Part shown: piece by piece, positions 22,530 to 35,399 of the stretch
How positions within the stretch are numbered: the first letter of the stretch is position 1
Layout of the letters: each line of letters begins with the position of its first letter
DNA from: Nemertoderma westbladi
Taxonomy: Eukaryota; Animalia; Xenacoelomorpha
Assembly: GCA_032718475.1 (NCBI GenBank)
Contig: JAUCBJ010001928.1
Location: 7,266-71,265, forward strand
DNA length: 64,000 bases
Direction of reading: 5' to 3'
Made by a program: the position numbers and the translations under genes
Notes under the pieces: model-generated
Databases searched by the model: none
Told to the model about the DNA's origin: nothing
Seen by the model: the letters and a program-made list of their open reading frames with translations, nothing else

Positions 22530-23350
22530 ATACTCAAACAAAATACAGACCAAATGCTGGCAGACTACCACCAAGCCTAAATAAACTACTGTATGTGCAG
22601 ATTCCAAAACGGTTAGTTAGTATGCGTTCTAACACGGTAGTACGACTTATTCTTTAAGAGGGGATTGACCTTACAGCTATGGCTGCCCCAACTTACTAAC
22701 TGGCACTTTATCAGACAAACTCTACACAAGCAGCAATCTCTTCAGACCTAATAATAGCTAGACAACAATCCAGCCTACAAAATATCTGAGTAATAACTAT
22801 TACGGTACCTGAACACACACAAACAAACACAAGCCAAAACGCTGGCAGAATACTGTCAAGCCTAAATAAACTACAGTATGTGCAGATTCCAAAATTGTTA
22901 GTTAGTATGCGTTCTAACACGGTAGTACGACTTATTCTTTAAGAGGGGATTGACCTTACAGCTATGGCTGCCCCAACTTACTAACTGGCACTTTATCAGA
23001 CAAACTCTACACAAGCAGCAATCTCTTCAGACCTAATAATAGCTAGACAACAATCCAGCCTACAAAATATCTGAGTAATAACTATTACGGTACCTGAACA
23101 CACACAAACAAACACAAGCCAAAACGCTGGCAGAATACTGTCAAGCCTAAATAAACTACAGTATGTGCAGATTCCAAAATTGTTAGTTAGTATGCGTTCT
23201 AACACGGTAGTACGACTTATTCTTTAAGAGGGGATTGACCTTACAGCTATGGCTGCCCCAACTTACTAACTGGCACTCTATCGGACAAACTCTACACACG
23301 CCGTAATCTCTCCAAACCCAACAACAATCCGACAACAGTCCGGCCTACAA
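22530..23350. repeat. 285-bp tandem repeat, about 3 copies, in the element's 5' leader
   Basis: GTTAGTTAGTATGCGTTCTAACACGG occurs at about 22612, 22897 and 23182; identical small ORFs at 22711 and 22996. Confidence 0.92.
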
Positions 23351-23528
23351 TTATCTGAACAATCTGAGCAGACTTACACGTCTTCAGCTCAATATTAACT
23401 TACTAGGAAATAAAACTGACAGAAATAGACCTAAGTAAAATCCCAATAAAAACCAGGCGTCCCCGATTTAATATCGAGACCTACCGGTATACAATAATCA
23501 AATCGAATAATACTAATGTACTTATACT

Positions 23529-23660
23529 GGAAGTACCGGTTAGGACAGTTGGGCCTACGGACCTACAGAAGTACCGGTTCTGGCAGTTGGACCTACGGAC
23601 CTACAGCAGTACCGGTTCTGGCAGTTGGGCCTACTGACCTACAGAAGTACCGGTTCAGGT
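23529..23660. repeat. About 38-bp tandem repeat, 3-4 copies
   Basis: AGTACCGGTTCTGGCAGTTGGRCCTACGGACCTACAG units. Confidence 0.85.
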
Positions 23661-23721
23661 TTACCGGTTGACCGGTACTTTCAACTTTATTGCTTACTGC
23701 AATAAAGTCAATGACTGTTAT

Positions 23722-24981
23722 TGTACGCGCTTTTGAAGACCTTTAGCAGTTTAACCTGCCAAAATTTATATGTCTTTTGGTTTATAAATGTACTTTAGAA
23801 GATGACAAATATTTAATACCAATAAACACAACATTAGCAGAAGCCAGCCTAGTGCGCGTCCATTCACCCGCTGGATATTCCCGGGAGACTGGATTCTGAG
23901 GGCTTAGATTATTATTGCAGTGAAGCTTACTGTATTGTATTATTCGATTGATCGTTAATAATTAATTTCTGACTAATATTATTTACTTTCGGGAAATATT
24001 AACAGTTCCTTTAGGACGTGGCGCTCTATCTAAGTAAACAGAGATATGACTTATACTAATCACAACGGTAAGTCGGTAAGGCTTAAGATTCACGTATGAG
24101 GCGCATTCTTTAGGAAATGCTTAGTTATCAATCACAATCATGCACACTACCGGTAACACACAATACTGCTCACTAATTTGCCGACCGTCAATGAATTTTA
24201 TCATATATAAAGAAAACAGCAACGGACCAATGTAGTGCTTATCAAATAGCATTAAATTCACTACAAACCACAACAATATAAGTCGCAATCGCTATATATA
24301 ACCCGTCTCTCTAACCTGTAGTGTATCAAGAAAATTGGGAAATTTGGGTTCTTTATATATGTTCTCCAAATAATATTCAACCAAAACACAACAGTAAATA
24401 GCAGTATAATAATGTATGTTGAACCGATAATGTAAGACTGAAGTGAGATAAGATATGTGAATTGTTAAGATAACAGTTATACGCTCTATAATTTAAGCCT
24501 ACTAATGTTTCTTCTAAAAGTATGAAACGAATTGACTCTAGAGCCGTTGTTCCTGGCCTAGACAGCAATAACAACAAAGTATCAAGAAAAAACAGTAAGA
24601 CTGAACACTCTCCTTATGATCGACCGAAAAGCTACACGTCGACAGGAAAAATCGCTCTGATTGGCTCAAGCCAAACAAAGAACCATGCGTCCAATGGCTG
24701 TTTCCATGTCAGCAACCAGCTGTTAGATGTCGTAATATGAATCATCACGGCTAAGCTATGAAAGGTATTTGTCGCATTGCAGGTTTTTTGCCTTACCATG
24801 TCCGCTAAAACACGTATATAGCAGAATGACTTTTATGTCCGTTAAAACACCTGTAAAGGTACCTTGCGGGCGAGGGGAATATATATACAGTTAGAGGACC
24901 CCTTTTAGAGTATTCCAGCGCCTGGGGGGAAACTGGATTGCGAAGCAAAAGGGCCAGTTATATCCCACAGAAGCTTTTACA
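23722..24981 (-). repeat. 5' LTR
   Basis: Direct repeat of 5968-7227; lies upstream of gag on the minus strand. Confidence 0.97.
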
Positions 24982-26549
24982 GATGGGGTGATGATAACTC
25001 CACCTACTGGCTCCAGAAGTCGAGGAAATCCTGCCAAGTACCTAACTGATCTAGACTTTGCTGATGACTTAGGAGTACTCTCAGAATCACTAGAGGGAGC
25101 CCAACGGCTCCTCAGCTCATTAGAACATGCTGCTTCTAGTGTTGGTCTTTTTATTAACTCCAGAAAGACCAAAATTTTGACAGTTAACTTTGAAAGTCCT
25201 CAGCAAGTCTCTGATCGGATGAGCATAAGCTCAAAAGATGGTATGCTTGAGCACGTGGATGACTTCTGTTACCTGGGATCATGGATCCGGAAGTCAGGTG
25301 AGGACCTTCGAATACGTAAGGGAAAGGCATGGGCAGCCTTGAATAGGCTTTCCAGGATTTGGAAGTCACCGAGAATTAATCGGAAACTTAAGGTCCAGTT
25401 ATTTAGAGCAGCAGTAGTTCCAGTACTCCTCTATGGGAGTCCATGCTGGGCTCTAACTGCTGTGGACACCAAATCTCTGGATGGCACATTCACAAGAATG
25501 CTACGCCGGGTTCATTGTGTCAAGTTCAATGCACACATCTCCAACCAGACACTATATAACATTGGAGGTGTCTCATTGGTTCCCCCAAGCTTGACACTAG
25601 AACAAAATCGCCTCCGCTTTTCAGGACATTGCTTTCGCCGTGAGGACCAGCCAGTGCATAATCTTGTACTTTGGCAGCCTCATGGAGTGAATAAGCATGG
25701 TGGACAGCCCATGACTTTCTTGAGACGCATCTTAAAGGACATTGGCCTTGAAGATGCGGATGATCTAGCAAATGTCATGGGTGATAGGGAGTTGTGGCGG
25801 TGCAATTTTGTCGATAAGCCGGCACAGCATTCTTAAAAATGCAGCTGCAATGCAGCATGCCGATCCTAGTAGTAGTAGTAGTAGTCCTGCACGTGTCCAC
25901 GTGTTAGTGTAGCAGTAGCTGATGCGCCAAATCCCAGCGAAACACATGAAAATGTAACCAATGTGATAATTTTACTTACAGTATTTAAATAGGGTTGCAC
26001 TTCATGTCCCTGCTTAAATAAAATTATGACTACTTACGGTTGAACAGATATGAACATGTTGTTTCTCTGTTTCCAATTAATTTTACTTGCTTGATATTGG
26101 TCTGCCAAAAATATATTTCGTTCAACCCAAGATTATATAGTTAATATTCTGTATGACATTGGTAGATAGTGGATTTATCTAAGTTGATCTGTGGTATGTC
26201 AATATGAATATGTTATTAGTGCAGTTGTTAAATAACAAATGTTAGCAACTAAGAAAACACTTATTTGTTTGTAAAGTAACATGCTATTCCTGGACTGGAA
26301 AGTATGTGCATTAAACAACCACAAACATAAAGAGCATTCATTATATTACAGTACAACAAGCAAAGGTCAAATAGTTAGGCATTCCCCTAGATTTACAGGA
26401 AATCTCAACATTATCTAAAGTTTAACAATTAATAAGTTTTTCTTTTATGTTTATTTAGTTTAAAGGAAACACAAGCTTTATAGCATTAAATCCATAGAAA
26501 ATAATAAGCAATTCTTGTCAAGTAGTAGAGTTTACATTTATGTTCCAAC

Positions 26550-27968
26550 ATGGTTATCGATGAAAATAATGTCAACAACCCTGGTTTAATCATCAACGAA
26601 GTAAATACGGATAATCAGTTTTCGGTTTCACAGGATGACCAAAGTTTCAGCAATTTTTCTGAGGGATCTAGAGGAAGTGCGCTCCTGTCTCTATCAATGA
26701 GTCATGTCTATATATCACCTGATGTTGATGGTAGAAAGATATCCGTGATGGATGCTATATTCAACACAACAAGTGTTTGTCAAGGTATGTTTATGATCAG
26801 CCTACCATACTGCCTTTATTTGGGAGGCTATGTGGGTTTATCAGTGATCCTGTTTGGTACAGTTATATCAGGCTACACTGCCAGTCTGTTAGGTTCATGT
26901 TTATATGACATTCGCCCTGATGGCTCTCGACTTCGGACAAGAAATACTTATGAAGACATCGCTTTAGCTGCATGGAATAACAAATTCAACCTGTATATAA
27001 TTCGTATTGCCCAATTTATTGATGGGTTCATGGCATGTGTCCTGTACCTTGTACTCAGTGGTAGCCTATTAAACAAGGCATTTCCTTGGCTGACCCAACA
27101 GGCTGGGCTTGGTATACACACATGGACACTGATATCGGCATTCCCAGTATTGTTTTGTGTTTTTCTTCAAAGTTACAAGGTTGTAGCCAAGGTGAGCTTC
27201 TGGTGTGCTCTCACAAGTTTCTTTGTTAACGCACTCATTCTAGGTTATTGCTTCTCTCAGGCTTCAAACTGGAAGTTTAGCGTTATTACTCCTTATGGCG
27301 AATCCTATGAATCCTTATCTGTTGCTATCGGTCTCATTATTCTTAGCTATGCTGGTCACATTATCTTTCCACCTATGGAGGGATCAATGGCAAAGCCTGA
27401 AAAATATAATACAGCGTTGTTTTGGGCCTATGGAAGTGCAGGAGTTGTAAAGGCCTTCTTTGCATTAATATGTTTCATTACTTTCGCAGAAAACACAGAT
27501 GAAGTCATTTCTAACAATTTCCATATTCAATGGCTCAGAATTAGTGCAGATGTGGCACTGGCTATGAAATCGCTCTTGTCATATCCATTGATGTATCTCG
27601 CAGGAGTGAGTATGTTGGAAACTTGGGTCTTACCAAATAGAAATTCTAATGTTTCAACTACAAAATATTGCAGTCTCAAGAAGTCAGAGCTAGCAGTGAG
27701 AATTTTGTATCTAATAGCTGGTCTATTAATTGCATTGTTTTTGCCATATTTTGCTATCTTATCTGGTCTGGTGGGAAATATAACTGGAATGCTGATTTCG
27801 TTTATATTTCCATCATTGTTTAATCTGAAACTCAACTGGGTCAAACTCCGTTTGTGGCAGAGAATAGTAGACAGTTTGATTGTAATAGTTGGGAGCGTAA
27901 CTGGAGGTTTCGGTGTATACTTTTCTGCCTATGCTCTAGGAAAAGCTGTAGCTAAAGACTTACTTTAA
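26550..27968 (+). CDS. SLC32/VIAAT (vesicular inhibitory amino acid transporter)-like Aa_trans protein, single exon
   Basis: 472-aa intact multi-pass membrane ORF; KISVMDAIFNTTSVCQGMFMISLPY..GGY, SYTASLLGSCLYD..G.R.R.RNTY, FPPMEGSM and KSLLSYPL match the VGAT motif pattern. Confidence 0.88.
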   Translation: MVIDENNVNNPGLIINEVNTDNQFSVSQDDQSFSNFSEGSRGSALLSLSMSHVYISPDVDGRKISVMDAIFNTTSVCQGMFMISLPYCLYLGGYVGLSVILFGTVISGYTASLLGSCLYDIRPDGSRLRTRNTYEDIALAAWNNKFNLYIIRIAQFIDGFMACVLYLVLSGSLLNKAFPWLTQQAGLGIHTWTLISAFPVLFCVFLQSYKVVAKVSFWCALTSFFVNALILGYCFSQASNWKFSVITPYGESYESLSVAIGLIILSYAGHIIFPPMEGSMAKPEKYNTALFWAYGSAGVVKAFFALICFITFAENTDEVISNNFHIQWLRISADVALAMKSLLSYPLMYLAGVSMLETWVLPNRNSNVSTTKYCSLKKSELAVRILYLIAGLLIALFLPYFAILSGLVGNITGMLISFIFPSLFNLKLNWVKLRLWQRIVDSLIVIVGSVTGGFGVYFSAYALGKAVAKDLL

Positions 27969-29159
27969 ATCTGATCGAGATTGAATCTAAATTTTTTTGG
28001 TATTTATATGTCGTTGTTATCTATTAAATTAATTCTATTAATTTGTTAATTCTACTATTTTAATTTTAGATCAAAAGTCAAATGTTTACTATTTTACCAT
28101 CAATAGTGTGCATAGGGATTATGGATTAATGTATGACAACTACCAATAAATCGAAAGATTATAATGCTTGTATCTGTTTTGAAGTACTTATTATTTCAAT
28201 ATTTCAAAGTGTCACTACTGTACTCATTCTGCTATGCAGAAAATACTGCAATTATTGGAGACAGGCCCATAGGGGGACAGGTTACTAGAAGAGTTAAGCA
28301 TGCATTTCACCATATACTGTATGCTGTATACTATATACTGTATGTTTAACATGTTTGATGTCTTATCACTTTGATAGCAACTAAACTAGAACGCAGCATT
28401 AATTCCGTTTTGATTGATGCGGTACTATTGGTACAGCAATCTTTCCATGTTCATTCATATTTTATTTTAAAACAAATAAATTGCACACCATACTCTATAT
28501 TCAATTTAATATTTAGATATTTTCGGTTTTCACCTTAATGAACATGAGTACATGAAGAAATTATTAAAAATGTGGATCTCATTCCCACTGTATGAGCTCG
28601 TTCGACCTAGTCATACTAGCAAAGCCCACCACTGCACTGCAACCTGTTCATTTACCGCAATCAGTAATAATAGAGTTTGCGGTATTTAGGTAATAACAAT
28701 TGTAGTAGTTTAATTTTGTTGATGGATAACTATCTTGTATATGTGGTGATAGATTTCGTATTTTTTAGTTATTTATCCATTCTTAATCAGTATAATATTT
28801 GGTGATTGATTTAGTATTTTTTTGGTTATTTATCCAATCTTTGGTGAATTTTTCAGAATTTTTGCTGATAATATATGATTTTATGGTCGAGTCATTTTGA
28901 GTAAATTAAGTAATTTTGGTCATCGAAATTATGAATCAGTATCCAAAATGCTATCCATCTACTAAAATATTTGTATTGTATCGAAATATAGTATCTGAAT
29001 TAAGTTTAATGAGATACTTATTTATGGTACAAAACAAATATTTTGGTGATTGATTCATAACATTGGTAATGAAAACCTTCACCTAAACCTTCATCTTTAA
29101 TCATCATCAAATAAAAAAATGCTTCCACCCGCCAGAACTGAGGATTGAACCAGATTGGT

Positions 29160-29545
29160 CTATCTATCTATTTATAATCGACCTACTGCATTGAAGCTGC
29201 ACATTGAGATGCTGGCTTAAAATAATATTTTACCATCACCATGGAATCCACAATTGCAAGTCCAATGCAGTGTGCATTAAGAATTATATGCCGGCTTATC
29301 AACCAAATTGCACCGTCGCAACTCCTTATCCACCATGGCTTTCGCGAGATTATCCGCATCTTCAAGGCCAGTTGTGTTCCTTTTATCCATCCTTTTACTT
29401 CCAGATTGGTACACAACAAGCATGCCACAATGAATTTTGAGTCTCGCGCCATAAACTGTAGTGCCATTATTTGCGTATATTTTATATTTAATTCAGATGG
29501 TCCAGTTCTGTACAATATCAAACTAGATACAGAAATGGCATATTG
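29160..29545 (-). mobile_element. Diverged RTE-like LINE 3' remnant
   Basis: Resembles the end of the RTE at 25550-25860 (GAAGATGCGGATAATCT, GGAGTTG..ACGGTGCAATTT). A related 3' end with a (CTA)n tail lies at about 60676-60780. Confidence 0.55.
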
Positions 29546-30112
29546 ATCAGTCATTCTGTGTATCAAAATATAAGTAAGCACATCATCACATAACTACAAT
29601 TCTGGCAAAGGGGGCTTATCTGTACATTGATTTCAAATCTGATGATAGTTTTGAGGTTTGATTGCTTCTGTCTGTCTGTTTGTCCATCAATGAGTCTGTC
29701 AAAATATATGAACTATGGGGTTTTTTTTCTGGTTGTTAATTTAAAATCTGATGTCAGTTTTGACGTACAATGGTATCCTTGTATTGTCCGTAAAGATATT
29801 TCTGTTAAAATATAAGAATGCCAAACACCAAAATGAAATTCTCAGTATGGGGGCTTTTCTGGTCGTTGACCGACTGTTCGTGCATGTCAGCCAAAATATA
29901 AGAAAGCACATCACCTATCTAAAATTCGCACGTGTTTTCATGGTCAGTATTTGGTTTTCAAAGCAGTGTTAGGCTATACTGTACTATCGACTATTGGTTC
30001 GGATATCGAGATCTACTATATCTATGCATACTCTATTAAAATATATTCCACCGATGAAAAACATTAAATTTGCAATATTTCATGTATTAATTCATATACC
30101 TATGCAAATTAA

Positions 30113-31107
30113 GTGTAAACGTTATGCCCATGCCCAAACCCAAAACCCATACTAATGCCCAAAACCATGCACAAAACCCATACCCAAAACCCATGCCCAA
30201 AACCCATGCCCAAAACCCATGCACGAAACCCATGCCCAAAACCCATGCCTAAGTTTCAGTTAATGAATACTGAATGTGGTAGATACGTCGCCACATCCGA
30301 ATTTTACCGATTTGCGAGATGTTGAATCCTCTAACAACAACCCATAATCGGTCGAAGGAGTGTCCCACTCTTCCCACAAAGTATCACTAACAAGCGTAAA
30401 TATTTTTATCCCGCCTGTTGGCTGAGGCTCTGGTCTTTGTCTCGATCTAGCAATTCCTTTTGGGGCTGTTCAGTTCATAGAGTCTTCTCTTAATCTCTGC
30501 ATCTATACCGATAGGCCAAATTAAGTAATTGTATATGATTCAGACAATCATATGCAATTACTTAATTTAAGGTATCCGATTCTATTTAGAATCGTATCAT
30601 AATATGTCAATCAGAATCATATTAGAGTACTCATTAGCCAATACTCTACAGTAATTTAGCTTAATATAATATCTACGCATTAACAGCAATAGAGTAGGTC
30701 TATTAAAGGCAACCGAATATTGCTGGGAAGCTAAATTGGCTTATAACAGCGTAAGCTACCGTACTAACAGTATCAGTGTGTAGTACAGTTTAAAAGTATT
30801 TTTAGATTATTTATTTTTCACTAATAAAAAATTAATAAAACACTATACCATAACAGTACAGCAGTACAAAATACTTGGCTTTCTAGGCCTCCAGTTATTT
30901 GATAGCCATAAACTTCGGCTATAAGCTACCTTGGGTATGACTTTGGGTATGGCTTTTTGGTTTTGCTTTTGAGCATGGGTTTTGGGCGTGTGTTTTGGCA
31001 TGGGTTTTGGGCATGGGTTTTGTGTTTGAGCATGGGTATTGGTTTTGGGCATGGGTTTTGCGCATGGGTTTGTGCATGGGTTTTGGGCATTGGAATAACG
31101 TTTACAC
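30113..31107. mobile_element. Foldback/MITE-like element with inverted arrays of a 13-bp unit
   Basis: GTGTAAACGTTAT plus (CCCATGCCCAAAA)n at 30113-30250; reverse-complement array plus ATAACGTTTACAC at 30930-31107. Confidence 0.75.
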
Positions 31108-31499
31108 CCATGAAAATTCTCTAATAAACATTTTTCGCATTTTATTTTTAAATTTTTTATTTTCAATTTTTTTTTTAAAATCCGATTACAAAAAACCATA
31201 GACAATGAATGACAATAAATTAATTTAAGAATGTTTTTTTTCCTGTTGTCTTTGGATACAAGCAAAAACTCAATTTATTAATATTTTGGTGTTGTTTCGC
31301 TGTTTCCACCTTATAAAGCAAATTCTTTATTTATCTCAAAATGTGAAATTTTGCCTAATTTTCAAAAAATGTACATTATTTATCTTATATGTTGACTAAA
31401 GTTTGCATTAAGTGCTTTATTATCAACTTTTTTAAATCGAACACCTAACTATTAAATGATATACTTTTAATAGATTTGTACCAAGTGGTGCTTTATACA

Positions 31500-31632
31500 C
31501 ACACAATTCCACCAAAATTCATCTTAAAATGGTTTGCTTATAATTGGTGTTCAACAAGTAGTAGTTTAACAATTCCAACAAAATTCATCTCAAAATGGTT
31601 TGCTTATAATTGGTGTTCAACAAGTAGTAGTT
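31500..31632. repeat. Tandem duplication, about 66 bp x2
   Basis: ACAATTCCA.CAAAATTCATCT.AAAATGG...GTAGTAGTTT repeated. Confidence 0.85.
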
Positions 31633-32797
31633 TATAATCTATGATGGTGTGTGAGTTTCTTTTTATTTAACCAAGACCAGTATGATTAGGAATGCTTATA
31701 GTGAGAATGATTACTTTAAAGTGATCTCAATTTTATTACTCATGGATGACATTTAAGCTACAGGCAGCAGTTGCATTGCCTTATTTGACTATTGTGAAGC
31801 ATTGGAATGCCAATAAATTAAAATGATTATTTCATTATGATTAATGGGGATTTCTTTCAAGATTATGTGATGTCAACTTGCTTAGGTATTAATATAAATT
31901 TTTGTACGCACTATGTTTATCTGGGTTCAATCTTCACAGGGAATGCGGGCAACTAAAATCAGTATTAAATTGTGGGACCGAAAATTGAGGAATGAGCAAA
32001 CAAATCTGCAATATTTTGTGGAAGAATACAACATCGAATTTTGTATTCAGAGGTGAATATTTACTAATGATTCCCAAGCTTTACTTTACAGTATAAAATC
32101 ATAGGTTTTCAGATAGCAGAGCAGTTTTACTGAAGTATTTAAATAGTATGGTGCGATGTTTGATACTATCTGTGCATTGAGCATGAGCAGGCACAAACGG
32201 CAATTAACACCCACATACACCCCTACACACCTACTTTTATAAAACGGCCATAGTATAATTGTAACAGTTCGCTGATGGCTCGCAGTTTTGACTCGCCCCA
32301 CATGTTTCTTATTGGGATTGGTATAGCCCCACTGCCACTATCATATTGATTGCTGCATGCAATGAGGAAGTCATTCTTAACAAGATTCTCAAGAATTAGC
32401 ATTTGGAGATGGAAATTCCATTCCATGTGGATTTTGATATGTGAAAAACACAGCCTCAGGATTTAAATTTATTCAGAGTTGACATAACTGTTCATTCTTG
32501 AATAATGACAAGACATGATGAATTGACAAAGTGCAACAACATATTATGACATTGCACAACATATTGAAAAAAAGGATTAAATTGCAAGTATATTTACACG
32601 AATCATAACCCATACATTCCAGAAAAAATTAAAATAATTGTAGTACTAGTTTAAAGATGAACTGGGATGCTGTGTCAGTACTTCATCCAACATCCTGCTT
32701 TAATGTTCACTAACTATTTCTTTATGAGTTAAATATAGTGTGAGCCAAGCTTCCCTACACATCTGATTTGATTTATGCTCTAAGAATAACATAATAT

Positions 32798-33903
32798 TTA
32801 ACCCTATTTGACCCAGGAGGGGGGGGGGGGGGGGGATTTTAGAAATTCATATGTATCTTTGAGTCAGATTTGTTGGGAAAGCAGAGATTTTGTGACTTTT
32901 CATAAAATTTAATGGTTTATCCAACAGAGCAAATGCCATTACTTATACGGCTATGTTAGTTTTCGTCTGTGGTCCCTCTCTGGGACGCATGTCCAGTATT
33001 TTTGTGTTAAAATTTTCAAAAGTTTTTCAGGCTCACTAAAATTAATTTCGCTGCTCACGATTGTGACACTGAAATATATCGTACCTTGTCGATTTGGGCA
33101 TTTTTGGATACGTGTCAATGTGCGGCGCATGAAAAATAGAAATAGCATAAATTTGATAATCAAAAATGACATTGGGGGTTTTCCACGATGCTGATCACGA
33201 ATATGACACTCGAAAATATCGTATTATCTAACCAAATTCGATTTATGCCGTTTGAAATTTTATGCTACTTGTATTTTTCATCCCACCAGACAAGCACCAA
33301 AAACGATAGTTGCATTACCACATGATTTTGCATGGAATGATTTTGTATCATTTTTGTTGTATCATGATCATCGACCTTGAAAACCCGTATACCTTCAGAA
33401 TTACAAAATCAAAGGCAAAATTTAAAGTTTGTAATTTTGCTACTTGTACTTTTCATTCTGGGGCTCCAGAACGGCACCGAAAATGATGTTTGCATTACCA
33501 GGAATATTTTCAACTAGTTTCATCGTGATCAGCGACCTCGGAAACCCATATTCCTTCAGAATTATCAAACCAATAAGAAGACTTTTTAGTTTAACATTTT
33601 TTACTTGTACTTTTCATACTGGGGGACCGAAATAGCACCAAGAATGATGGTTGCATTGCCAGGAAATACTCTATTGTGATCAGCGACCTAATATCGGGAT
33701 CGAACATTTAAAATGACCTGCCCAGCCCAGGGCCAATTACGTAGTGAAAATAACCCGGGCCAGATCAAGGCCATTGTGACGGGACTGGTAGAGTTGACAG
33801 TTTCAGTCCCGACCGGTGAAGGTTGTACGCGTCGTCGCGTTTGCAAGCTGCTGGCTTGTTGCTGGATATGTGAGGCCAAAGGCCGTTGAAAATAAAGGGT
33901 TAA
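32798..33903. mobile_element. Possible non-autonomous piggyBac-like element with internal ~165-bp repeats
   Basis: TTAA-CCCT at 32798 and AGGG-TTAA ending at 33903, but the TIR match is short. Three internal repeats CTTGTA.TTTTCAT...GCACC...TTGCATT at about 33268, 33443 and 33604. Confidence 0.35.
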
Positions 33904-35399
33904 ATTCTCAGTGTTGATAATCACAGCAGTTAATAGTAGCACAGTCTGAATGTCATAATATCCGATGCACAATAACAGTAACAACGATATAGTAATGATC
34001 TAATAACGACGACGGTCAAAACTATAGTTGTCAAAACTATAGTATAAAACTATAGTTTGATAGATATAGATATACTGTATGATCACATAAAGGTAGATAT
34101 TTTAATATCATGCGCGGTCGGCCAGAATTATTATTTGATGTAGATTAGACGAGACATATGCTTTTATATGAAGATGATCATGTGGACCTGCTTGAGTGGG
34201 AAGCTATGAATGGTGGCGATGGATGTAAAAGTGAAGCAAGTAGTAATGCGGGCATCGAAATAATGTTTGATGTTGTTGATAACATTGAGGTCAATAATGT
34301 CTGCAATTTCAAGATTGTTGAGCCAGAGATATCATCAGATGACAACTCAGTGGATGATGTTGTTGAAAGGTATATCCCACATATTAAGAAACAGAAAGCC
34401 TCATCATATCCAGATTATGTTCCATCACCTGAATAAAGTGTCAACTAGATCAAGGTGTGAGTGGTGGTTGTGGGTGGGTTCAAGTGGTGGTGCTGGGGAG
34501 GGTGCAGTGCGACTGGTGGTGGTGGTGATTTGTGGTGGCACATTGCAACCTTCGAACCTTCTTATTTATGATACTGCCTCTGGGGTTTATTACATATCCT
34601 CGACTGGTGCAATCATTCGACAGCAGGTTCTCTGAACGAAAACCGGAGGTCTAGTGGGAAGGGAGGTAGATATTCTACTAGAGGAGCACACAGGAATCGG
34701 ATCAGGGACTTCCGATATTATCATTCCCTATGATGGAAGTCTCCTTACAAGTAAAGTGTTCCTTTTTCACTTTTCTACTTCACTTTTCATAGAAGTGTTC
34801 ACTTATGAGTGTTCCAACATTCATATCGGAATAGTAAATTAAATACATGGGTAGGTAGCAATTTATGATATTATTTATGACCAGCTGATCAAGGGGGTGA
34901 GCAGGCCTTGTATTATGATGGCCTTGGCCAGATAGGCTTAAGTAATTTTATTATTAAAGAAGCATGAGAGCTATTATTTTCATTATAAATAATTTCCAAC
35001 ATCAGCTGCTTTTATTACCTATCATCGAACTAACAATTATTGCTTACATTGGGTGGTTATGTAATTCACTAATTTCCATGCAGAGATTATTGTATTAGGG
35101 TTAATATGGAGTTTAATAGGGAAATAACTGAATAATTAAAAATTTACAAATGTTCCCAATGTACAGTACGCAAAAAGAAGAATTTTCATGATATTCGAGC
35201 ATGTCAGTGATTAATATATATATAATATAATATAATCTCTATTAAAACCTGAAGTAGATTAGAGGTTAGATTAAAAAAACCTTGAAATTCGAGTAATATT
35301 ACCCATATTGACGTTTGGATGATAGTTCTGTGCATTTACAAGTCATGTGATTTTATAAGTTGAAATTGTTTTATTAATCTTTATCTTTAATTAAGCAAA

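Larger units (their letters stand above)
5968..24981 (-). mobile_element. Giant BEL/Pao LTR retrotransposon, 19,014 bp
   Basis: Two 1260-bp LTRs (TGT...ACA), 5-bp TSD GATGG (5963-5967, 24982-24986), Pao-type gag-PR-RT-RH-IN order, and extra 3' ORFs. Confidence 0.96.
5739..25883 (+). mobile_element. 5'-truncated RTE-type LINE split by the BEL/Pao insertion (pieces 5739-5967 and 24982-25883)
   Basis: The left piece encodes GVLQGDTLAPFLFIIVVDYVLR. It continues after the LTR element with LTDLDFADDL...LRFSGHCFR (ORF 24988-25836). (TAG)n tail at 25867-25885. 11-bp TSD GTCCTGCACGT at 5728-5738 and 25884-25894. Confidence 0.88.

Noticed and set aside
22711-23205. Two identical 69-aa ORFs
   Set aside because: By-product of the 285-bp tandem repeat.
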